Origin: Ramazzottius varieornatus
Taxonomy: Eukaryota; Animalia; Tardigrada
Assembly: GCA_001949185.1 (NCBI GenBank)
Contig: BDGG01000019.1
Coordinates: 399,231 to 463,230 of the forward strand
Length of the DNA stretch: 64,000 nucleotides
Direction of reading: 5' to 3'
The notes beneath the pieces are model-generated. The model was not told the origin of the DNA. It was given only the letters and a program-made list of their open reading frames with translations, and made no database searches. Below, piece after piece: positions 1 through 13,880 of the stretch. The translations under genes were made by a program, and so were the position numbers. Each line of letters begins with the position of its first letter. The stretch's first letter is position 1.

Positions 1-245
1 GGCGAAGAAGGTGAAAACTTGATCTCTGTCACTTGAGGAGTCTTGTTGATATTAGAGTAGTATCAACATTGTGGTCAATACGTAGAAAACCGTCAACACA
101 GCCGGTTGCATCAACAAAAAATATACCAGAGGGTATCTTTAACGTCACAGTCGTTGCGCTGAAGTCTTTTTTGCAATGGTCAAAAGGATAATTATGTGGG
201 CTTTGTCGTTGCTTCTTCTGGGTAACGTCTTGTGGTGGATTGCAG

Positions 246-2823
246 ATTTCAAAACGGAACTCGAAATTCACGCAAGGATTGGCTATCGGAACCGCGAGGA
301 CCCGGAAGATGCCTGGAAGGAAATTGACCGGTCGGTGGAGACACGCCAGCTTGATTGCAACATTGAAGAGGTACCTCGAACGCACATGACATCATCAGTC
401 TTTTTATCATTAAGGCTTTCAGGAGCTGCCCAATTTATCGCCGAGCAGGAGCGAATCCTACAGCCCGGTGAGATAGAGGCAGCTTTTTCCTTCAGTTAAA
501 TGAATACAGACCGATGAGACAGATGACCAGATGTAGTAGAGGGGTATTTGGTCTACAGGAATTGTAGATATGAATGACGTCATAGGGCGGCGCCCTTGAC
601 ACCTGCCGCAACAATATGCAAAACATTTGACCCTCATCAGAAAATTCGGGAGCACAACTTTAGCATCGCGGTTTTCGCAGTAATCAGTGATTTTAGCCAG
701 AAAGCTTATCTCATGACAGGGAGAAAAAATCCTCGATCTTTACTTTGAAAATATGGAAGAAAACTCTTTTCCAAACACGGTCTTTCGATGTTTTCAAACC
801 GTTTCTTGTTTGGTCAGTCTATGTCTCATAGAATAGTCTTTCTAGCTGAAACCACACATCACTGCGAATTAGCGATGCAAAATCTATGCTCCTGGTCATT
901 GGTCGAGAAGTCCGAGGCCAAGTATCATATTGGCCGGATCGATCTTGATGCGTTTTCGGAAGAACTCTAAATCGTTTCGCATACAGGTATCCAATGTTAT
1001 CCACTGATTTGTATTAAAACGGCGGAGTCCATACGGCCTGCACGCAGTATTTTGCCATCGTGGACAATATGTTTAAAATATTTTATGACGTGCCCTGCCT
1101 GCTTCGGCAGTCTTATTGTTTCATACAGCAGAAGAGATTCCATTTTTTCCCCGTATCCATCTTAAGTTGCTGTGTATTGTTGCAGAAGCACCAGGACTAC
1201 CTGTACAACTGCTCGCCCATGGCTCTCTACGAACTGGGCGGTGTCCACCACGACTTTTACCTCCTCAACCTCCGCCTACCCGTCACTTACTCCTCCGACG
1301 GTACACCTATCGGCAAGAACGTCAACCTGGGCAAGCTGCTCGACCTGTGGATCATCGAGATCCACCAGAATGGCGGCTACACACGGGTCTTCTGGTCCGT
1401 CAAGACCGTTTTCTTCCCACTGGTCCTGGCCGGCGTCGTGTGGTTCTGGCATCGTATCCAACAGCTGGCTCGGCCACCCAAGCTGATGGAAAAGATGCTC
1501 TTTACGTTGGGTTTAGGGCTGCTGCTGCTGGATACACCCATCGAGTGGTTCTCTCTGGGGTTCAACTTCCCGGCCATGCTGTTGTTGTCGGATATTCGTC
1601 AGGGACTGTTCTATACGATCTTGTTCGCATTTTGGATCATTTTCGCTGGCGAATATCAAATGGTACTCTTGTCTTTCGTGAAAGCTGGGCTAAGCAAATC
1701 ATATAAGTGGCGCATGTTTTCGTTGCCATTAGCTGGCACACTGCGCCACTCAATATAACAATCTTGTGCGTTTTGTTTGCCCAGCTCCTAAGTACTGCAA
1801 CGTTTCTCGAACTAGCTTTTTAACCTTGATCTTTGCAGGACGATGTAGCACGAGGGACCTTGTCGACATACTGGAAGCATCTGTCAGCTGTGGCAGCCTG
1901 CTGTATTTCACTGTTCGTTTTTGATATGTGTGAAAGGTATAAACACATGTAGAAAAACACCGTATTACGAAAAATCCTCATGAGCCGTCATTTGTAGGGG
2001 TGTTCAGCTGACCAATGTATTCTATTCGATATGGTCGACGACAACAGGATCAATCTTAGCTGTAAGGAAGAAGCTGTTTATTTATTTGCAAATCGAGGTG
2101 CGAAACCAGAATACGTTGGAATCGTTTCTTTCGTACTGCAGAAAGGGTTCCTGATCACTGCAATGTGCTGTGCGTGCATCTATTTCTTCTTCCTCACGTA
2201 CATGGTCATAATTGCTGTAAGGAACATGTGGGATAAGCGAAAGAAGCTGGACAAATTTCAGGAGAAAACCAGGAAGCGGTACCAGGTTTGTCATTCCGCG
2301 AAACAACCGATTTACGCAGGACCCTGATACTTCTTTAACTCGTGGATCGGTTGCAGGTCATCATTTTCCGGTTTCAATTCTTGTTGCTGATGACACTGCT
2401 TTGCGCTGCCTTCACAATCATCGCTTTCATCATTGCTCAAGTAAGTCCATTCTCGGTCTTGCACGTTTCTGGTAAACAAACCAGGTTCGCGATTGTGTTG
2501 TCTGAAGGTCGGAGAAAGCAGCATAAAGTGGGGCGACGAAGATCGCGCAGGCTTGGAGTACACCAGCGCCGTCAACGTCGGCGTCTTCGCCATGTGGAAC
2601 CTCTACGTTACTGCGCTACTCGTCCTGTATTCTCCCAGCTCCAAACATGAATCTCGTAAGTCGCACTTCCCGTATTCTCTTCCTACTGAAACCGTCACGT
2701 TATTTCGTTTCAGTCATCAATGACGAGCAGTCAGAAGACGTCGCCATGAGCCGTCTGGACCTGCATGCCACAACGACCACGTCCGAAGTGACGGAATTCC
2801 TCCAGAAAGTGGCGGAAGACTGA
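246..2823 (+). CDS. wls: Wntless (Wnt secretion factor, GPR177/Evi), 3' part; 5' exons lie before the window
   Basis: Exons approx. 246-370, 1187-1661, 1839-1936, 1999-2061, 2142-2285, 2357-2440, 2508-2655, 2713-2823 with GT-AG introns. Hallmarks: [96 protein letters not shown]; ends [11 protein letters not shown]. Confidence 0.95.
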
Positions 2824-3059
2824 AGAACAAATAGGCATTGTTAGTACCTATGTAGTACTGTGGTCTGAGATCGTTGTTTCGACACTTTACGTTTTATCCA
2901 TGACACCTTTTTGTTTTAAATGTTGGTTGTTATGTTTTGGGTTGCTCGATCGTTTTCTCGGGTTTGATACATTTTACTATTTCAGCATGCTTATGTATAA
3001 GACATATTGGCTCTCAAATTTCATTGCACGGACTCGACCGTAATATTCTGAGTAATATT

Positions 3060-4196
<1,137 letters not shown>

Positions 4197-4999
4197 GTCC
4201 TTGCCAATGCTGGGCTTTCTGGACAAAATCGAAGCGGAGAAAGCTAGACAAATGCTTACGTCGAGTTAAGGGGTTTGAATGGACGCGGGAAAATGCCTTT
4301 GAATTAGTACAGTAGATGATCGAAGTTTGTAAATGGGAGACGGTGAAATCATTGAAGCTAAACGGAACCGGCTGATGAGACCGTTAAGGTGTTGAAGTGT
4401 CCGTTGGGGAGCCGTAATGGCGTCTGGCGTTCAGCTTGGCTTGCGCTGCTCAAAGACCTTGAACAAGGAGGAGGTACCGCGAGCGCTTCGAATACTTCTG
4501 CTAGACCGTTACGGGAACGACCCAGCATGAAATCCAGACATTTTGAATCCATACTCTATATGAGTATGATCCTCTAAATTAAGACGTCGAGAAAGCACAC
4601 AGCCATGAACTTCCTCAGTGAGACCTGGGTAAATTTTGGTGTCAAAGAGCAGTTACAGCTACGAGTAATACAATGTCAAAAACAAGCGTCCCTGCCGGTG
4701 ATCACGTGGCTTAGCTCTTGCTCCCATTAATTGGTGTATTGGCGTCATGTGCCCACCGGCAGGGAAGCATTTTGTCATGGTATTATTACAACGTTGAAAA
4801 TTCGTTAATTCTTTCATTCTTGATGATTATCTTCGTACAGTGGATAAAGTCAGAAAAAATCTGGCGAGTGTGGTATTATTTTGATGGCGGTATATTACGT
4901 TCAAATTAGCGAAAACGGACGAAGAAGCTGTAAAAGTTTTATAGGCGTATACGAGCGTTCGTTTCACTGATGGTGCCGGTAACAAAGCACCTGGTTTAA

Positions 5000-5525
5000 C
5001 ACCCTGGTTACCACCGTACTCATTGTGAGTACAATACGACACTTTTTCGCTCCCCACCATCTCCATTTTCCCCGGTTTGAATCAAACTTTTTTTCTTTGC
5101 CTGGTCTTCGGTATTATCACCGAAACGCAGCTGATGACCACTGGTCAGTACAACTTCCGCAGGCTGGAAAAAATCCTTACGATTTCGGGCAGTTTCGGGG
5201 GTATTTTAGGTTTCATGTCTTTGCTCGAGATACACACCAACCATCTGTTTAAAAAAATTTGAAACACTGAGGAGAGCTTCCTCTACCGATACTAGGCCTG
5301 GGACAAACTTGGTGTCATCGGTGCGTCCAGAAAATAATCAAAACGGTCAGGGCTACTTTTCCCAAGATCGCCTTTACGGCCTGCCAATGTCCACAATTTC
5401 GAAATTCTCAAAGTTGTCTATTGGTTAATTTGGGTTACGCCTTCCATCATCCTCCAGTTAAAGTTCTGTGCTCAAAGTGAATACGCTGGTAATCTGCCGA
5501 CACAAAAAGCTTGGTATTCAGGGTG
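5000..5525. mobile_element. piggyBac-like non-autonomous element
   Basis: TTAA at 4996-4999 and 5526-5529 flanking 14-bp imperfect inverted ends CACCCTGgtTACCA / TGGTAttCAGGGTG; no transposase ORF. Confidence 0.55.
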
Positions 5526-5918
5526 TTAAGGTAGTGGTTTTCTGCACCTCGCGTTCTTGTGGCCCTGCATTGCCGGTTTTTTTATGGAGTCGTCAATGAT
5601 GTGAAGTGGGAAAAGTGGCAGCCATTGTCTGGTGTTTTGCATCATCTTGAAGCAGTAAGGCCCGTGTGTGGGCACGAACATGAAAAAACGTACACGGAGC
5701 AGCCCCAAGTTGAAGGTCGTAAACGTAAGGAGCATGTGCAATTACGGAAATCTCTTACTCAACGCGTGTTGTCACAGAAATCTCTTACTCAACAGAGCGA
5801 CATAACGGGGGGAAAAAAGACTTTTAGGTCCCACTAGCCTTACTTCGCTGTTCTACCAAGTGTTCGTTTGCTACGAACTCAGTATAGGGATAAATTGCTC
5901 AGTACCCAAGTATAGGTA

Positions 5919-6119
5919 CACGCACGACGAGAGTTTATGGGGCCAGTAAAAATTATGGGACCAGGCGGAAAAGACGGCAAAATGGAAATTCGAACGTAGA
6001 AAATTGTCCAAAAGTGCATTACCATGAATCGGTCACGTAAGTACGTGCTTCCGTACCGCTGCAGCGAAAAGGCCTGATCGCATAATTTTTACTGGCCCCA
6101 AAATTTCCCGTCATGCGTG
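5919..6119. mobile_element. TA-flanked MITE (Tc1/mariner-type), family 1, 201 bp
   Basis: TA on both sides; about 50-bp imperfect TIR CACGCACGACGAGAGTTTATGGGGCCAGTAAAAATTATGGGACCAGGC matched by GCCTGATCGCATAATTTTTACTGGCCCC..CCGTCATGCGTG. Same ends recur at 61369-62135. Confidence 0.8.
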
Positions 6120-7492
6120 TACTTATTTTCGTCCTTGTTATTTATAGCCGATCAGCGTACAGCAGTTCTGTCCCTTTCGTTCCGCCGTTGCCTCTGTTGT
6201 GGTCCTATCAAGTCAGCGTTGTACGATGGCGTACGTTTCTGTGCCAGCAAGCACGGAGCACAGACAACCCGGCCAACAATTTGGGGAAGTTGCACTGAGA
6301 GAAACGCGCGGCTGAGCTTGCCAGGCTGCTGTGTGAGTCAGGAGTTTGCGGCAGTATGGAAAGCTCTTCCGGGCACCAGTCCAAACATTGCGAGCATGCA
6401 TCAGTCATTGCGATCAAACGATTTGTTACGAGCTCTTCTACGTCACCCTACACAGCCATCAGGCGTGCTAAATCGTCTCGATTTGAACAGCCAGTCAAAA
6501 ACTGAGCCTAAAACAAGCGCCTATACTGTTAGTACATGTAGGACGAACTTATAGCTCGTAGGCGCCAACGCGCCATCTGTGTGTTCGAGCGGAAAAGTCA
6601 TTTTTACGCAACAAAGACCTCACCAGGATAAAGGAACAGATACGTAGCCGCGTGTTATACGACACAACATGACCTTCAGGAAGCGTGCTCGGTTCATGAG
6701 GCAGGTACTGCGTATGCATGAGCAGTTATCCCTGAATCTTGCTGTGGATCTTCGGGTCAACGTACCCTTTCTCAACATGTTACATGTATTTCCGTAACCC
6801 TCGAGCCATCTGATTGACTGAGACCGTGATTCAATCCTGTTTGATAAGAATTTGACGGTCATCTCGTGATACCGACGTCAAAGGTTCAACGAACTTTGAA
6901 GAACCCGATTACGTCGACCTTTGCTGGACTTCCTCCAGCTCGACCTTGACATACTTTGCGCCATTGATAATCCATATGTCTCTTGCGTCAACATTAGAAC
7001 TCGGATTACAATTATGAAGAAGCTGTTGATGTTGTGGAGTTTATTACGTAAAGGCCGTGCTGATAGAATTTTATACAACAGAAACTTAAGCAACCGGGTG
7101 CGCATCTCACAACTGATAACAATGAAGTGAAACAATAAAATTCGCAACAGGTTAGCCGAAGCATGAAATTTACAAGTTTAACAAATAAACAATTTCCAAA
7201 CTTTCCAAACGGTAAAACTCAACCAAGTTAAAAATCAAAACGGAAGCAAAAATCCGCAGTTATCCTGAAAGTGTTATAAGCATGGCTCTCCTTCGTGTCC
7301 CTTTCCAGCTAACTAATATCTTCTGCACCCATAAACCTTCAGTCAGCAAGCATATGTAAAGCAAGCAATCAGCAGACACTCTCCCCGTATTTCCTTCCGT
7401 CTGTTCATCCGCAATCCGCCCATCTTTATAACATAGTGTGTGCGCCACTTGATCCGACAGCTTCTCTTCCTGACTGTTAACGTGGAGAAATA

Positions 7493-8875
7493 TTACCGTC
7501 GGCTCTTCGACTTTCGGGACTTTTTCGCAGGAGGCTGAGTAACTCCTTCAGGTTGCTTCATCATGACTTTGAGGTTGGCCACTTCCGAAGCCAGACGCTG
7601 GAGTTCTCCGCGAAGGTGGACGTTCTCATGTTCCAAGACGCCCTCTTGAGGAAGCTTCCTCTTTCGACTGGTCAGCGCATCGCGACTATCCTCACACTCG
7701 ACATCCACCGCCGAATCTGAACCACTGTATCCCGACCCGATATCGACATCATCTTCTTCTGGGCTGGAGACTTCCGCGCTGCTGCTGGAACCCGAGGACT
7801 TGCCCAGCGGCGGACTGCAACTGGGTTCGACACGGCTCTTGTGGCGCAGCTTCAACGGTAAATGATTGTTGACTTTGGAGTCGGCCGAAGCTTTGTCCGG
7901 ACGTTTGCTGGATGAAGCAAAGACTTCGGCGTCTTCTTCGCGCGGTAGGTGCGGATAACCATTAAAGTGGCTATTGGCAAGTTTCAGCAGCGAACTGACG
8001 GCGGCGATGGAAGGGCTGATGGCTCCACCGTTCTCGTGCGTATCGCTCAGCGGACTGTCACGGCTCGCACTGGATAATGATCGGGGATGTGGCGATACAG
8101 ACTGGCATGTCATACGATTGTAATGGGGGACCATGTTGGCCGGGATATACATGTGTTGGTTGGGCATGAGAATTCTACCTTGCATGCCCGGGTGTGCGCC
8201 AAGTAAAGCGGGATGCATGGGGTGCATCATCATTGGGCCGCGCGGCTGCATATTGGGGCTGACAAAGTGAGGGGCCATCTGCAGTGGGGCGGGCTGAGCA
8301 CTCGATGACGTCACTGCAGGTCGTAATAGCGGCTGTTGATGGGGGCCTTGGCTGTGTGGGTGGAGCATGTTGCTGAATGGCGACGACGAAGCCGAGTGCT
8401 GGCCACCGAGAGGCGGGCTGTGCGAGGGCAGTCCAGCGGGATTGACCAGTGGGGGAGCGTCCTTGGGCATGCCGCACTTGTCACGGATGGCGTTGAGCTC
8501 GGCTTTCAGCCATTGGTTCTCATTGGACAGCTCCAGAACCCGCGTCTCCAGGACCATGTCGTTCATGCGCCGCTTCTCGCGGGAACGCTTGGCGGCCTCG
8601 TTGTTGCGACGGCGGCGATCCCAGTACGACTCGTCTTTGCGCGTGTCGGGCGTGAACTCGCGCTCCTTACGCTGGGGAATGATGGTGCTGCCGCCGCGTC
8701 GGTCACAGTCGGCCAGGGAGGAAGGATGGGCGAAATTTTCGTGGTCGTGGTCGTGGTCGTGGTCGTGCGGCGGCGGCGAGCCGCACATCGAGTCGGACAT
8801 TTCTGAAGAGGGAGGATGGGAAAAGTCGGAGGCTTGTGAAGGCGTCAGGCTCATCTGTGTCTCAAAGAGGACCAT
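7493..8875 (-). CDS. vri: vrille / NFIL3 (E4BP4) bZIP transcriptional repressor
   Basis: Single long coding exon after an acceptor (ttttgacAG near 8880). Contains RKEREFTPDTRKDESYWDRRRRNNEAAKRSREKRRMNDMVLETRVLELSNENQWLKAELNAIRDKCG, the family LPLKLRHK motif and C-terminal ENVHLRGELQRLASEVANLK coil. Confidence 0.95.
   Translation of the reverse strand: MVLFETQMSLTPSQASDFSHPPSSEMSDSMCGSPPPHDHDHDHDHENFAHPSSLADCDRRGGSTIIPQRKEREFTPDTRKDESYWDRRRRNNEAAKRSREKRRMNDMVLETRVLELSNENQWLKAELNAIRDKCGMPKDAPPLVNPAGLPSHSPPLGGQHSASSSPFSNMLHPHSQGPHQQPLLRPAVTSSSAQPAPLQMAPHFVSPNMQPRGPMMMHPMHPALLGAHPGMQGRILMPNQHMYIPANMVPHYNRMTCQSVSPHPRSLSSASRDSPLSDTHENGGAISPSIAAVSSLLKLANSHFNGYPHLPREEDAEVFASSSKRPDKASADSKVNNHLPLKLRHKSRVEPSCSPPLGKSSGSSSSAEVSSPEEDDVDIGSGYSGSDSAVDVECEDSRDALTSRKRKLPQEGVLEHENVHLRGELQRLASEVANLKVMMKQPEGVTQPPAKKSRKSKSRR
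8741..8766 (-). repeat. Coding hexanucleotide repeat encoding His-Asp repeat in vrille
   Basis: (GTGGTC)x4 on + strand, translating to HDHDHDHE. Confidence 0.85.
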
Positions 8876-11359
8876 GTCTGTCAAAAGAGGAAAAAGAAGC
8901 GTTAGCTCGGCTTATCATACTGCCTTCATTATTACTGATGAATGCACGGCCTTCGTTACATCCAGAAATGCAATCGAGGGAAATACCGCAAATGCACAGA
9001 AGGGATTCTTCCCTCGAGAGAAAAGATATAGAGAGCAGATCCGTTCCTTTAATGATCTTCTAAAATTACACGTCTAGACTGTCCGTATAAGCGGAAAAGT
9101 AAAGGTGTGTACGCCACTGAAACTTGGCAAATAGCCTATAATGACAGTGTGTTACAGTACAGCGCGGCTTCCTGGATTTGATCAAGTTGTACGGCAGTGA
9201 GGAAGAGCGAGGTATGCAAGAAGGAGTGAGGATGGGCTGATGTCGGCGGGAAGAACCGCACGAGACAGCTGCCTGCTGTGCTGTGTTTCAATTACGTCCA
9301 AGACGGCAACTGTCAAGGCTTCGAGCGGAAGCCGGTTTTGCGGTACATCTCGACTCTAGAGGAAGGGATGGTGTTATGCACGCACAGCGAAAGTCGATAA
9401 AGAGCGATCGATCGGTACGTTATGCCAAGTGCTTTTTTGCCAGTTATTTTTCATGATCGGTCATTGCCCCAACGGCGATATACACTTCAGATTCAACACG
9501 TCAGGAGATTCAGCCGTGGATATTACACTGACTTCCTCATCCCCAGGTCTTTCAACTTGCAGCTAAGGTGCTGCATAGTGCTGCAGAGAACTTTCCGTAG
9601 AAAACTACGCAGTCCTTGTTCTCCTTCGCTGTGCTTGGCATGCGCTGGTCATTGTCAACGAAATGTCCGACTTCTGTATGATATATAATTCTCATGAATA
9701 AAATTGATAAAACAATGATGGAAAAAAACCTGTATACTTTAACAGGTTTTTGTTCTTCACCGTAACGTATTGAAGAAGAGCGATACAGAGCTGCCTGTCG
9801 ATTATTCTAGCTTAACCAAAACCTATGCTGCGAACGTACGCAGCGACTTGTCGCTTGACGCTACTGCGCGCCAGTTCAACGAGAATCGTGATCTGCGCTG
9901 CGCAAACAGCCCAAACAGCTTCCTTCGACAGTGGGATCTGCTGCCAAGGACAATGAACTCCATCTTGCCCTGTAGCCAAGTCAGCTACTGTAGATACAGT
10001 CAACAACAGCAAAGAGGAAGCGTAGTACGTGCCACATAAACCATACATTATACACTGCAACTTCCGGCACGCCCTTCCCACCGACCCTGGTTGAAATCAA
10101 GGCTTCAATGAAAGACAATCAAATTAACGAAAAAGACAAAAGCCCACTTTTCTACTGTTCTTTCAGACATCCTTCCTCACATGCTGTCGCATGAGACTTT
10201 ACCTGCTTTCGCGAGAATATGCTAAACTGTGGTCCATTCTCAGTATTCCGATGGCAGGATAACACAGTAAAGTAGTCGATGCCGAATAAAAGTACAAAGT
10301 TGGGCGAGGAAGTGGGCAATAACTGATAGTGGACAGACAGTAGGTCGCGATTTACGCCATAACATGCTCTAAATTCCTCTGGCCGGTACACTGAGCTTTC
10401 TTTCCTTTCCTACTGGTAGTACAGCCCTCAATGAATCGTCTTCGCTTTCCTTCACCTCGATTACCGACTTTAGCAGCTTCGACGTACATGTGCATGTCAA
10501 AATCCATTGGCTAATACGTTACATCCTCACTGAATAACAAGTCAAATGATAACGTCATCATCGCCTGAACTGACCACCAGCTAACTTAGGAGGAGCCAGT
10601 ATTACGTCGCCTGTATCGCTATGCGCCACTATGCTCTCCAGCGAAGTAACCGAAGGAGGAAGAAGGCCTTGGCAATCAGCAAGTAGCCCTACAACTTTCA
10701 ACCGATTATCCAACCCGATAGATCGACATGTTATGCTGGAGAATCGACCATCGTCTTTGGTGGACTATAATATTTGGGTCAGGCCAGTTCATTGCCCGCC
10801 GTAGTAGTGGATCAACGTTAGTTACTACCCACTGTCAAATACGCATGATGGACACATTATGTAGTTGATGTGGCTTTTCCTGCCAAGTGCCAGTCCATAG
10901 GGACCAGGGTCTTTTTCGACTTACAGTACAGTAGAGGGCTGACAAAATTAAGGGGCGGATGTGGCGCACGAGGACTACACCGCATCCTTTCAACCAAAAC
11001 ACTCGACTTATCCCTACTGATCCCTCCTGTAAGTTGCTCGAGAGGGACAAGTGTACGACCAGCAACTCCCGGCATAACAGCCTACGCAGTTTTTTAATAT
11101 GATCATATTCTGGACCATCGGTCAGAGGCCAGTCAGAAACATCGTGCAGCATACACTGTAGCAAAAAAGTCAAATCCAGGGCTGGGACTGGTTGAGACGT
11201 CCTGCTAAATGAAATTTGATTAAATAAAAAAAAATAAATACCCACCCGATTACATGCCCATGTTTAGAAAGTTAAGAGATTCTCCCCAATTTTTGTTTAT
11301 GAGCAAACAAAAGTCTGTTGGCCAGGGAGTATGTGGGACGTCGGTGGATGATTTCATGC

Positions 11360-11432
11360 AGATCGTTTACCCAAGTGGCGCACACTTACAGCCAATAAAA
11401 ATGGAAATGTGCGCCGCTTGAGTTGACGGTCG
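11360..11432. repeat. Palindromic repeat family copy (upstream of vrille CDS)
   Basis: GATCGTTTACCCAAGTGGCGCACACTT..AAATGTGCGCCGCTTGAGTTGACGGTC. Confidence 0.8.
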
Positions 11433-11519
11433 TGGGTCAAGTCATTTGTCGACGTCCCGTGTATACTCGGCTGGTTTGGTGGTAAGAGAATGAAATGGGG
11501 GAAATTGGTGGGTGTGAAA

Positions 11520-12430
11520 GTTGGCATAACATGTTACGCGTCAGTATGTAACGCGCAGTGACGATTACCGGTGGCGCGCCTCACGCCACTCGATGGCCGC
11601 CAAATGGTCAACATGTTATTGTATGGTCAAGCCGTCGTGCCCACGTAATGCTCAGGCCGGTGAAGGGTGAAGTACGCCGTCATTCACTGCGCCTAACTTG
11701 AGCTTCCGACTCTTTCCTCGAATGAGACCGTGTCCCACTTTACAAAAGCTGCAAAACATTTCGCCGGATATTATACAGTAGAGCCTGTTATGTCGATGCA
11801 TCTTCCGGGTAAAGTACGGCATAATAAGCCCTCGCGTTACGTGAACAATCTAGAGGCCGACACTGAATCCCTTCCTCGACACACTCTTTTGACGCCGCTA
11901 AATTATGCATATGGTAGTCATGAAAAGCAAGATCCATGCGTTGCCCTTTTCCAATCGTGCATATAAGCAGCGGCCCCCGAATTCCACGTAACGTGCCCAA
12001 CGAACTGAAAGGGGTGATCCTCTTGATTATGCAGAAGACATAACAGGGTCGCGTCGTTTGAGACAAACGTCAAGTAACTTGCTTTACGACCTTGAAATGG
12101 CGCTAACCCTCGTTTCATAACTGGCGCATATGCTTCCCCTGTGTTGGGCACACAATCATCGTCCTAAATCTGATGCCAATTCCTCTTCCATTACGTATAC
12201 CACCTATTGTTCCAGCATCGAATTCCAAAGCGATGTTAAATAGGTCTTCCTGTAGTATCTCCCGGTGACAATATTTACTTGAAATATGCAGGGCTGATTG
12301 TTATAGATTGATACGCATGTGGCTTGCGAGTCGTTACATCATAGTTTCCGGAAGGGAAAGTAACGAATTTGACGTTGCAGGGCTCTCCACTCGGTCCGTC
12401 GATCATAGCCGGCACTTTGCACCGTAATCT
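11520..12430. promoter_or_regulatory. Cluster of D-box-like (RTTAYG) PAR-bZIP/NFIL3 half sites upstream of vrille
   Basis: About 13 RTTAYG / CRTAAY hexamers in about 900 bp (near 11525, 11533, 11643, 11787, 11818, 11836, 11901, 11985, 12026, 12037, 12115, 12190, 12421) plus GTATGTAAC and GTTACATCA. Confidence 0.4.
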
Positions 12431-13741
12431 TTTGCAGCGCCCACACATATTAGGCGGAATGCAGCGAACAGCACCACACTAGCGCAATATTGCGCGAAAG
12501 TCGGTGGGTATGCAGGACAGAGTTATTCAACATTTCGGCATGCAACTCTCTCTCTTTCATGGCTTTGTACCAAGGCCACTGTAGACTGTAGAGATTGTAG
12601 GGTGTAGGTGTAGCCAGGAAGGCTCAACGACAAGGTTCAGGCGAGTTCAAACGTTGGCATGGCAACTGCAGCTACGACTGTGCTTGCTCAACTAATGGCC
12701 ACTGCTGTTTCCGCATAGATTTCCGCTGACAAGCCCACCGTTGCATGATTTGCCTCGTAGCGGCAGAAAACAAAACCTGTCCCACCTGCACACTCTCTCC
12801 TTTCTATCCTACTCGAAAATGGCCAAAAATATTTTCCGTGTGATCCTTGTGGTTAATTATCACAGCCAAGCTGTCATCAGCCGAGGCTTGTTGATATACG
12901 CGAGGTACGTCTTGGCAGTCTTCGCTGACGCAATCACGAGTGAAAGGTGCATGAACTAATCACAATCATCATGAATTATGACTATAGCTGCGCATCTACC
13001 TGCCTTTCTCCTATAATCGTCCCTCCGACTTTTTCCCGCCTTTGGCCATGCTAAATCAGATATAGTGAGGGAACCCTATATGTCTGTGTTTTGGCGGGCA
13101 AATTATGACCTTCAGGCACCCTACCAAGCTTTGACATTGAAACAACCTCTATTGTCCTATTCTCCATATCGGACTATTTGCCCAACTGCTAGGTGGATAT
13201 GTTCCCCTTATTGCGGCTGAGGGAGGATGGTACACAATGGTTGGCCCATTTTTGAGCACGCAATAATAATCAAGGCATGTTGGGCAGCTGAGTAATCTGC
13301 CATTTAGAAAAGGGACTCGTGAAAGAGGCAGCTTCCGTAGCGCCCTAATTTCTCCTGTTGCCCTGTCATTTGCCGAGTGGAGAATGTCAGGATAGGTTGC
13401 GGCAAACGTAGAAATGGGTCAACGTTGTGGGAGCGGGATTCAGCTATGCAATGTGTCGTCACCTGGCCGGTTCGGAACAGATAAACACCCGATAACCACC
13501 CCCGCTATTGCGTCATTAAAAGCCGGATGCGCTACATACAGTACATCCAGCCGTAATCTTGGACCACTCCATCGCACCAAAATATGCGAATGTACCAAAA
13601 CGGTAATCAGCCTGTGGATCTGCGCGAAAAAATATGAAGCCATCGTAGACTCTTCCTGGCTTAGCCAGATACTTTTCGCCTAAGTTAGCTGTTCGCCTCT
13701 CGGCAAAGCGGATCGTTCTTGGAAACTATACTGATGAAGTA

Positions 13742-13880
13742 CGGCGCAGAAAATGCATCCCTACTAGTGCAGATTTTTGATGGCTTCATTGAAGTTGTAA
13801 GTTACAGGCATGCTTTGTAGTCTTGTGGACACAACTGCTAGTGGAGAATTTGCACTAGTAGGGATGCATTATCTACACTG
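13742..13880. mobile_element. TA-flanked MITE, family 2, 139 bp
   Basis: TA both sides; about 34-bp imperfect TIR containing the perfect ATGCATCCCTACTAGTGCA / TGCACTAGTAGGGATGCAT pair; right end reads CAGTG inward, typical of Tc1/mariner. Confidence 0.75.

Noticed and set aside
1116-1706. 196-aa alternative-frame ORF inside wntless
   Set aside because: Out-of-frame shadow of the wls exon.
5747-5793. Direct repeat GAAATCTCTTACTCAAC x2
   Set aside because: Only two copies; likely local duplication or transposon remnant.
8336-9077. Long + strand ORFs (236 aa, 156 aa) overlapping vrille
   Set aside because: Antisense shadows of a GC-rich coding exon; no domain.
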